The notes under the pieces: model-generated
Seen by the model: only the letters and a program-made list of their open reading frames with translations
Databases searched by the model: none
What the model was told of the DNA's origin: nothing
Origin: Candidatus Bathyarchaeota archaeon
Lineage (GTDB): Archaea; Thermoproteota; Bathyarchaeia; 40CM-2-53-6
NCBI GenBank assembly: GCA_963726255.1
Contig: CAVSBL010000002.1
Location: forward strand, 2,144,001-2,208,000
DNA: 64,000 nt
Reading direction: 5' to 3'
Translations under genes and position numbers: made by a program
Shown here: positions 56,796 through 64,000 of the stretch, piece by piece
Position numbering within the stretch: position 1 is the stretch's first letter
Layout of the letters: each line of letters starts with the position of its first letter

Positions 56796-59561
56796 ATGGA
56801 GATTAATGAGAAAGAATTCGCCGTCCCATTCTTCAAAGAGAATGGATTCACACGCAAGCAGTGTGAATGCTGCAAAGGCTACTTCTGGACACAGAGACCT
56901 GAGGAGAGATTTTGCGGCGACAGCCCCTGCGTCCAATACACTTTCATAGGAAAGCCTCCAGCGAAGCGGCCGTACTCAATTCATGACATGCGTGAATTAT
57001 TCCTATCATTCTTTGAACGAAATGGGCACAAGAGGATTAACCCTTACCCTGTAGTGGCGCGGTGGCGGGACGACGTTTTCCTTGTAGGGGCCTCAATCTA
57101 CGATTTTCAACCCTACGTCACGGAAGGTGTGATTCCGCCACCAGCCAACCCGCTAGTCGTTAGCCAGCCATCAATTCGATTCACGGACATAGACAATGTA
57201 GGCCCAACACTGGGACGCCATGACCTGATTTTCGAGATGGGTGGCGCTCACGCTTTCAACTATCCGGACAAGGAAATCTACTGGATGGACCAGACTATTC
57301 GCTACCACCATCAGCTGGCCACCGAGGAATTTGGGTTAAAGTCTGAATCAATTTCATACAAGGAACACTTTTGGTCTGGCGGAGGAAATGCGGGCCCCGA
57401 CTTGGAGTGCCTAAGCGCAGGGTTAGAGATCTCTACACTGGTCTTCATGCAATACAAGGTCCAAGGCGAACAACTCGTCAAACTGCCAATCCGAACAGTC
57501 GACACGGGTTACGGCATAGAACGCTGGGCGTGGCTGAGTCAGGGCAAAGCCAGTGCATTCCAAGTCATCTACGGCCCTGTGTTTGACAAGATCTTCCAAC
57601 TGGCCAACGTGAAGTTCGATGAGAAGCTGGTTGCAAAGGTAGTTCCATTCTCAAGCTACATGAATATTGAACGCAACGAGAGCCGCGTTGATGCACGAAA
57701 GAAGATTGCCGAAAGCGTAGGTATGGATTGGCGAGAACTCGAGAAAGCTATCACACCGATTGAAAGCGCGATGGCAGTGGCTGACCATACGAAGGCGATT
57801 GCGTTCCTGCTTTCCGAAGGCGTTGTCCCTTCAAACGTCGAAGAAGGCTACCTAGCCCGTCTGTTGATTCGTCGAGCTTACCGCATGCTGCGACAGCTGG
57901 GCATAGAAGACAAAATGCTGGACATTCTCGACGCCCAAGTTGAGTATTGGGGTGCTGATTTTCCTCAGCTTAGAGGAATGAAGCGCGAGATAGCGGAAGA
58001 AATCAAATCGGAGGAATCCAAGTATCGAAGAACGCTCGAACGAGGCTCAGATCTCGTTAAGAAGATCACAGTCGACCTGAAAGCTAGGGGAAGCAAAGAG
58101 GTTCCTTCCGAAACCCTCGTCGACCTGTATGACTCGCACGGAATGGTTCCCGACATCGTGCGGGAAATCGCGGAACCTCTAGGGGTAGCTGTGAACCCAC
58201 CTGGTAACTTCTACGGCATGGTCGCCCAGAAACATTTGACCGGAAAGCGCGCCTCCGAGGAAGAAACAGAGTCGAAAGTGAGCGAGTCCCTGAAGGATAA
58301 GGTCAGCGGCCTCCAAGACACCGTTACCCTGTATTACAAGGACCCGTTCCAGAAGGAATTTCAAGGCAAAGTAATCAGCGTACTTGACAACAAGTTCGTT
58401 GTCTTAGACCAGACCTGCTTCTACCCGGAGGGCGGAGGCCAACCTGGCGACATCGGGGTTTTGCAAGCTTCCGGCGTGTCGGTTAAGGTGGTGGACACTC
58501 AGAAGGTCGGTCGAGTCATAGTCCACCAAATAGACGGTAAGCCCCCGCGCGTGGGAGAAAACGTCCGCGGTTCCATTGAGTGGGAACGGCGCATCAGCCT
58601 AATGCGCCACCACACAGGCACCCATTTGGTCTTGGGAGCCGCCCGGAGAGTTCTGGGGCAACACGCTTGGCAGGCGGGAGCACAGAAGGGAGTTACCTCT
58701 AGTCGAATCGACATTTCGCATTACGAGAGAATTACGGAGGAGCAGGCCAGAGAAATTGAGAAGCTGGCAACAGAAGTCGCTTTGCAAGATATTCCCGTAG
58801 AGTCTGAGTGGCTGCCGAGGGAGAAAGCTGAGCAGGCTTACGGGTACAAGCTCTATCAAGGGGGTGCTGTGCCCGGGCGCGAACTAAGAATAATCAAGAT
58901 TGGCGATTGGGACGTGGAAGCCTGCGGCGGAACTCACTGCACTCGCACGGGCCAGATCGGAGCCATCAAGATCCTGCACACTGAACGAATTCAAGACGGA
59001 GTAGAGCGAATCATATTCGCAGCGGGCACTCAAGCGCTACGCGCTTTCCAGGAACAGGAAAAGAGAATCAAAAGCATCTCGAGCGTCGTCGAAGCACCCG
59101 TCGAAAAAGTCGACCAATACGTGCAGACGCTGGTTGAAGAAAAAGCCAAACTGGCCAAACGCCTTGAAGAACTCTCCAAGGAGTGGGCCGAACAAGAGGC
59201 TGCAAAACTCTTGCAATCGGCTAAGGCTGTCGGGCGCGTAAAGATGTGTTCAGCGAAGTATACTCGAGGCGAAGATAGCGAAATAGTCTCGCTGAACAAC
59301 AGGATAATTGAGCAAGAGCCGAACGCGGTTACAGTGCTGCTGTTGGTGAAAGATTCCGCCAGAGTTTTCGTTGGCGCAGGAAAGAATGCGATCGCACAAG
59401 GCGTGAACGCTGGGAAGCTTGCCACCAAGCTGGCTGCAATGCTTGGTGGCGGTGGCGGAGGCAAAGACTACTTCGGGCAAGGTGGCGGAACGAAGCGCGA
59501 AGCGGCGGATGAAGTCCTGCGAAACTCGGAATCGGCACTGAAAGCAATGTTAGCCAAGTGA
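56796..59561 (+). CDS. alaS: Alanyl-tRNA ligase
   Basis: VARWRDDV, VDTGYGIER, HHTGTH, CGGTH, GGGGGK. Confidence 0.97.
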   Translation: MEINEKEFAVPFFKENGFTRKQCECCKGYFWTQRPEERFCGDSPCVQYTFIGKPPAKRPYSIHDMRELFLSFFERNGHKRINPYPVVARWRDDVFLVGASIYDFQPYVTEGVIPPPANPLVVSQPSIRFTDIDNVGPTLGRHDLIFEMGGAHAFNYPDKEIYWMDQTIRYHHQLATEEFGLKSESISYKEHFWSGGGNAGPDLECLSAGLEISTLVFMQYKVQGEQLVKLPIRTVDTGYGIERWAWLSQGKASAFQVIYGPVFDKIFQLANVKFDEKLVAKVVPFSSYMNIERNESRVDARKKIAESVGMDWRELEKAITPIESAMAVADHTKAIAFLLSEGVVPSNVEEGYLARLLIRRAYRMLRQLGIEDKMLDILDAQVEYWGADFPQLRGMKREIAEEIKSEESKYRRTLERGSDLVKKITVDLKARGSKEVPSETLVDLYDSHGMVPDIVREIAEPLGVAVNPPGNFYGMVAQKHLTGKRASEEETESKVSESLKDKVSGLQDTVTLYYKDPFQKEFQGKVISVLDNKFVVLDQTCFYPEGGGQPGDIGVLQASGVSVKVVDTQKVGRVIVHQIDGKPPRVGENVRGSIEWERRISLMRHHTGTHLVLGAARRVLGQHAWQAGAQKGVTSSRIDISHYERITEEQAREIEKLATEVALQDIPVESEWLPREKAEQAYGYKLYQGGAVPGRELRIIKIGDWDVEACGGTHCTRTGQIGAIKILHTERIQDGVERIIFAAGTQALRAFQEQEKRIKSISSVVEAPVEKVDQYVQTLVEEKAKLAKRLEELSKEWAEQEAAKLLQSAKAVGRVKMCSAKYTRGEDSEIVSLNNRIIEQEPNAVTVLLLVKDSARVFVGAGKNAIAQGVNAGKLATKLAAMLGGGGGGKDYFGQGGGTKREAADEVLRNSESALKAMLAK

Positions 59562-62452
59562 TGAACATGCCTGTTGACTGGCCCGCGCTAGAGGAGAAAT
59601 GGCAAAAGGAGTGGGCTAAAGCCAAGGTTTTCGAAGCCGACCCAGACCCAAAGCGCAAGAAATGTTTCGTCACCTATCCCTTTCCTTACATGAGCGGCCC
59701 GTTGCATGTGGGAAACGGTTTCACAGCCGCACGAATCGACACTTACGCACGCTACATGCGAATGCGTGGGTTCAACGTTCTCTTCCCTTGGGCATGGCAT
59801 TGGACTGGCAAGACAGTCGCGGGTGCCGCTGAACGCATCAAGAACGGTGACGAGGACTTCATTCGGCCCATCAGGGAGGTGGATGAGGTGCCGGAGGAAG
59901 AACTGAAGAAGTTTGTTGACCCCGCCTACATGGCGAAGTACTACACCGACGTTAACCGTCAGGCGATAAAGCGTCTGGGAATGTCGATTGATTGGCGAAG
60001 AGAGTTCCACACTAGTTCGCTAAACGAGGCCTTTAGCAAATTCGTTACCTGGCAGTATCTGCGCCTGCAGGAGAAAGGATACGTGATTACAGGCACGCAT
60101 CCCGTCGTCTGGTGCCCAAAGGACGAGAGCCCGACTGGGGATGCGGACAGGCTGGAGGGCGGAGGTGTTAGGCCTGAAGAATTCATTCTCGTGAAGTTCA
60201 AGATGGGTGAAACCTTTCTCCCGTGCGCGACCTTCAGGCCTGAAACAATCTACGGCGTCACTAACTTGTGGGTTAACCCCGAAGGAGACTACGTTGAAGC
60301 AGACGTCAATGGCGAACGGTGGGTGGTCAGCAGAACTGCAGCTGAAAAACTGCGAAACCAGCTGAAACGAGTGAGCGTGGTCAGGGACCTGAAAGGCAGA
60401 GAGCTCATCGGCAAGAAATGTGTCGACCAAATTCAAAGCAGGCAGTTGCCAATTCTACCTGGGACATTCGTCAATACAGAAAACGCTACTGGCCTGGTCT
60501 ACAGCGTTCCAGCTCATGCTCCATTTGATTGGCTGGCATTGAGAGACATCCAAAGGGATCCTACTATCGTCGACAAGTTCGCGATTTCCAAGGCTGAACT
60601 GTCAGCTATTCAGCCGATCTCAATAATATCAGTTGAAGGCTACGGCGATTTTCCCGCCGTAGAAATAGTTGACCGTATGCACATTCGAGACCAGAACGAC
60701 CCATTAGCGGAAGAGGCCACGAAGGAGATTTACAAGGCCGAGTTCCACGGCGGGATTCTCAAAGAGGGTTGCGGCCCCTACTCCAAGCAGAGGGTGTCTG
60801 AAGTCAAGCAAGGCTTGGTCATGGATTTCCGTACGAAAGGGATTGCTGATGTTATGTACGAGTTACCGGAGCGCGTGGTGTGCCGGTGCACAACGGAATG
60901 TGTTGCAAAAATTCTTGATGATCAATGGTTTCTGAAGTACTCTGACCCAGAATGGAAGCAGAAGGCGCACGAGGCCATCTCAGAGATGTCGTTCTATCCT
61001 GACGAGGCACGAAACTGGTTCGATAGCGTGATTGATTGGTTGCAGGATTGGCCTTGCGCTCGCAAGACAGGTCTAGGCACGCCGCTGCCGTGGAGCCCTG
61101 GTTGGATCGTTGAAACGTTAAGCGACTCAACCATCTACATGGCTTACTATATGGTGAGCAAGTTTGTCAATGGCGGGATGATCAAGGCCGAACAATTGAC
61201 GCCCGAGATTTTTGATCTCATATTCTACGGAACCGGCAAACCGGACCAGCTGTCTAAACAGGTAGGTGTTGATATGAAAATCTTGGAGAAGATTCGAGAA
61301 GAGTTCCTATACTGGTATCCGGTTGACCTGCGAAACTCAGGAAAAGACTTGGTTCAGAACCATTTGAGCTTCTTCATATTCCATCACGCTGCTCTCTTTG
61401 AGCCGCGCTTCTGGCCGAGAGCAATTGGTGTCAACGGGTTTATGTCGGCGGAAGGGCGGCCGATGCATAAGTCTCAGGGTAACTGGGTTCCGCTTTGGAA
61501 AGCCTGCCAAGAGCATGGAGCTGATGCTGTTCGTTGCGCCGCCCTGTTAGCCGCTGAAGGATTGGATGACCCTGATTGGCGTTCAGAGAATGTTCGTGAC
61601 GCTGAGAGCAGGCTGGGGGCTTTCCTGAAGCTAGTTGAGGAAATTGCTGAACGGCCGGAACAGCAGGCTTCAAACGGCCACTTGGAAGACTGGTTGATGA
61701 GCCGAATCCGCTCCAAGACTATGGTAGTTTCAGCCGCGATTGAGAAGCTGAAGACTCGAACGGCATTGGCTGCGGCCCTGTATGACTCTTGGAACGACCT
61801 TCGATGGTATGAGCGGCGTGCCGCGAAGCCTGATTCCGCAACCGTCAAAGCTTTCGTCTCCACGTGGGTCCGATTGCTAGCTCCCTTCTCGCCTCATTTA
61901 ACAGAAGAAGCGTGGAGTAAGATTGGTCATAGCGGGTTTGTGGCGACGGCCGAGTGGCCTACGTTCGAGCATGTTCAGGAAGATGTACAATCTGACGAGC
62001 TAGAGCAGCTGATGAAACAAACGCTTGAGGACACTCAAGAAATAATCGCAACCACAAAAATCACGCCTAAAAAGGTGCATTACTACACCGCCGCCAAGTG
62101 GAAGTGGCGCGTTTACCAGGAAGCCTTGAATCGGGCTGACAAGCACCCCGACACCCTACAGGGCCTAATCAGGGATATGCTCGCCGCGAAACCGCCATCG
62201 GCAAAGGACCTGCCGAAATTCGCCTCGAGGATAATCAACCAAGTGAGAACGATGCCTGGTGAGCTTCGGGCGAGGAGGCTGAGAGCCGGTGACCTAGATG
62301 AAAGGGTAGCCTTCGCGGGGGCCCAGAGTTTCTTCGTGAAGGAATTAAGAACCGAGGTTGAGGTTCACAGCGAGGAGGACCAGAACCTTTACGATCCGAA
62401 GAAACGGGCGCAAGTGGCAGAACCCTATCGGCCTGCGATCTTTATCGAGTAG
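59558..62452 (+). CDS. leuS: Leucyl-tRNA ligase (archaeal type)
   Basis: YPFPYMSGPLHVGN, ATFRPET, SVPAHAPFD, SGKDL, PMHKS. Confidence 0.95.
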   Translation: MMNMPVDWPALEEKWQKEWAKAKVFEADPDPKRKKCFVTYPFPYMSGPLHVGNGFTAARIDTYARYMRMRGFNVLFPWAWHWTGKTVAGAAERIKNGDEDFIRPIREVDEVPEEELKKFVDPAYMAKYYTDVNRQAIKRLGMSIDWRREFHTSSLNEAFSKFVTWQYLRLQEKGYVITGTHPVVWCPKDESPTGDADRLEGGGVRPEEFILVKFKMGETFLPCATFRPETIYGVTNLWVNPEGDYVEADVNGERWVVSRTAAEKLRNQLKRVSVVRDLKGRELIGKKCVDQIQSRQLPILPGTFVNTENATGLVYSVPAHAPFDWLALRDIQRDPTIVDKFAISKAELSAIQPISIISVEGYGDFPAVEIVDRMHIRDQNDPLAEEATKEIYKAEFHGGILKEGCGPYSKQRVSEVKQGLVMDFRTKGIADVMYELPERVVCRCTTECVAKILDDQWFLKYSDPEWKQKAHEAISEMSFYPDEARNWFDSVIDWLQDWPCARKTGLGTPLPWSPGWIVETLSDSTIYMAYYMVSKFVNGGMIKAEQLTPEIFDLIFYGTGKPDQLSKQVGVDMKILEKIREEFLYWYPVDLRNSGKDLVQNHLSFFIFHHAALFEPRFWPRAIGVNGFMSAEGRPMHKSQGNWVPLWKACQEHGADAVRCAALLAAEGLDDPDWRSENVRDAESRLGAFLKLVEEIAERPEQQASNGHLEDWLMSRIRSKTMVVSAAIEKLKTRTALAAALYDSWNDLRWYERRAAKPDSATVKAFVSTWVRLLAPFSPHLTEEAWSKIGHSGFVATAEWPTFEHVQEDVQSDELEQLMKQTLEDTQEIIATTKITPKKVHYYTAAKWKWRVYQEALNRADKHPDTLQGLIRDMLAAKPPSAKDLPKFASRIINQVRTMPGELRARRLRAGDLDERVAFAGAQSFFVKELRTEVEVHSEEDQNLYDPKKRAQVAEPYRPAIFIE

Positions 62453-62498
62453 TCGGCACTGCAAACTTTAAGCAAGAAGGGCCGTAGTCTCAGGGCTC

Positions 62499-62623
62499 GG
62501 GCCCGTAGCTCAGTCTGGATAGTGCTTGCGGGTTGAGCGTCTAAAGCACAGGCCCTCTAAACGCTTCCTTCAAGAAGCGGGAGACGCCTGGGGTCCGGGG
62601 TTCGAATCCCCGCGGGCCCGCCA
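62499..62623 (+). tRNA. tRNA-Arg(TCT) with two introns: 22/23 (62523-62544) and 38/39 (62561-62585); C33; encoded CCA
   Basis: GGGCCCG/CGGGCCC acceptor, A20, G73; BHBs on GCTTG/TGAGC and CGCTTC/GAAGCG; spliced arm CAGGC-CCTCTAA-GCCTG. Confidence 0.9.
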
Positions 62624-62706
62624 ACAATTCATACGTTATTAATCGGGCATACGTTTTCTGGCTGAAGTCAGAATTCACCGAGACTTCCGGAATTTGTGAG
62701 AGGCTA

Positions 62707-63321
62707 ATGTCAGGAAGCGAAAGGGTTAGCGCGATAGCGGACGCGGAAAAGGAGGTAGCGAAGATCATTTTCGGCCTTGCGATAGCAATCAGTACGATTC
62801 CGCTTATATCGCGACTCCCCGCCAGGCCGGCAGGAATACTTATCGACATTGGAGAATTCGGCTTCAGTTTCCTGATCTTGATCTCTGTTTGGTTGGGGTA
62901 TTGGAACATTATGTCGCTTCTGCCGATTGAAGATGGTACTACAATCACGCTCAATGTTGCATTGCTTTTTCTCGTCTCGATCGAACCTTACCTCTTCTAC
63001 CTGAACATAACCTTCGACTTATTGGCCCATGAGCTGCTTCTAGACACTTCTTCAATACTATACGCCCTAGATATGACTGGGCTAATGTTGATTCTCGCAT
63101 TATTCACCCATCAACTCGCAAAGGAGGAGAGGGGGTTGGTGCCGAAAGCGTCCCTGCTCCAGTATAAGCGAGTTAGGAACGTCTTATTCATATCCGCGGC
63201 GCTCTTCGCTATAACTGCCCTTCCACCATTTTGGAGTTTCAAGCTTTGGAACCTGCCGATTAGATTCTTTTTCTGGTCCATTCCGCTAATCCTCTCATCG
63301 GTTCAAAGAAGCGTGAAGTGA
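62707..63321 (+). CDS. TMEM175/DUF1211-like membrane protein
   Basis: IFGLAI, FGFSFLILISVW, LNVALLFLVSIEP; about six TM helices. Confidence 0.7.
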   Translation: MSGSERVSAIADAEKEVAKIIFGLAIAISTIPLISRLPARPAGILIDIGEFGFSFLILISVWLGYWNIMSLLPIEDGTTITLNVALLFLVSIEPYLFYLNITFDLLAHELLLDTSSILYALDMTGLMLILALFTHQLAKEERGLVPKASLLQYKRVRNVLFISAALFAITALPPFWSFKLWNLPIRFFFWSIPLILSSVQRSVK

Positions 63322-63662
63322 CAGCCAACCGGTAAGGTATCGGTTTATTCTAGGAAATAGGCCCATGACTCCAAGAGTATAAGAACTTAGAAGCCTGAAA
63401 CTTTCCCCCTTTAAACACCACCCCGTGGGTCAAATATGACGAAGTGTGCTGTCTGCGGAGCATCCCTTCGCGCCGGCGATTACGAAAGCCTCCCCCGTCA
63501 TTTCTAACGGCTGAAGGACAATCGACGAGGTCCAAATAACGGGAGATCAGAAGGGCAGGGAGTGCACAGCCCTGTCAAGCAGGCAGACGTATCGCTGTTT
63601 CGTCCGGTTCAATTCACAGGGAGCGATCGACGCTTTCAAGGAAATACGAGTGACAGGATTGG

Positions 63663-63935
63663 CTACTTTGCCAGATGGTATGCGTCGATGACTTGCCAAG
63701 CCCAGAAAACTAGGGCGTACACGGTCAGGGCTGCTCTGTACGGGAAGAATGACCCTGTAGCTCTGTAAGAGATAAACAATGTCTGCCAGATCAGGGCTAA
63801 TGTTCCAACAATTATTCCGGCTACAAGGATTGAGGCCCCACGTTCCGGCCTACCAGCATACATCTGGCCGAGCCCAGGAACTAATAGGGAAAGTACGGCC
63901 GCAACAGGTGGATCACGTTTAGGTTTGCGTGGCAT
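63663..63935 (-). CDS. Small membrane protein (DUF5683/TM2-like)
   Basis: PVAAVLSLLVPGLGQMYAG, IDAY. Confidence 0.8.
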   Translation of the reverse strand: MPRKPKRDPPVAAVLSLLVPGLGQMYAGRPERGASILVAGIIVGTLALIWQTLFISYRATGSFFPYRAALTVYALVFWAWQVIDAYHLAK

Positions 63936-64000
63936 TCTTTTTCACGCTCTGATAGCTCGCGCTATGCCTCTATTAGACTTGCGGCGAGATTTTGTTTCTA

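Noticed and set aside
62549-62590. Reading the last tRNA as an amber (CUA) suppressor or tRNA-Pyl, since CT-CTA-A precedes the intron in canonical 37/38 geometry
   Set aside because: That register breaks the anticodon stem. The 5-bp CAGGC/GCCTG stem centres UCU, Arg identity elements (A20, C35, G73) are present, and TAG ends many conserved genes here (fen, leuS, eif6, etfB).
228-63768. Many 60-180 aa ORFs in the supplied track overlapping real genes (e.g. 11545-12075, 46206-46700, 47765-48319, 62541-62954)
   Set aside because: Antisense or alternate-frame shadows of conserved genes or tRNAs, with no motifs.
1-64000. CRISPR arrays, IS elements, integrases, att-site duplications of tRNA 3' ends, split tRNA halves
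   Set aside because: No regularly spaced repeats, no transposase or integrase motifs, no duplicated tRNA 3' ends seen; all four tRNAs are complete in cis.

Overview
Gene-dense archaeal chromosome segment. It is TACK-type and most consistent with Bathyarchaeia, inferred from gene content, frequent TTG starts, intron-rich tRNAs and a degenerate KaiC/RAD55 family. I see no CRISPR array, integrase or transposase. Contents: a YgeW-like knotted carbamoyltransferase, TrxB, a degenerate beta-CASP nuclease, an amino-acid/ETF/HdrDE(FadF)-like redox module, CDC48 behind a Phr-like heat-shock operator pair, EF-1beta, FEN1, Pcm, Trm5, a large Vgb-propeller/CFI-box-CTERM surface protein, LarC, RidA, Trm112, PEPCK, an N-glycosylation cluster carrying two TrmB paralogs, PpsA, a translation superoperon, AlaS and LeuS. 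Highlights: (1) four tRNA genes carry eight BHB introns, none at the canonical 37/38 site, including a three-intron tRNA-Phe; two of the spliced tRNAs break near-invariant rules (A53.C61, C33). (2) The rpl18a-pfdA-ftsY-dtdA-secE-spt5-rpl11 block is cleanly inverted inside the ribosomal superoperon. (3) An accessory island between rpl12 and alaS holds DUF1917, a 38-aa ultra-basic twin-CVHC microprotein, a pseudo-KaiC ATPase, a stand-alone LigD phosphoesterase and a C2HC microprotein. (4) Several zinc-finger microproteins were missed by the ORF track, one apparently starting at ATT and one split by a frameshift.
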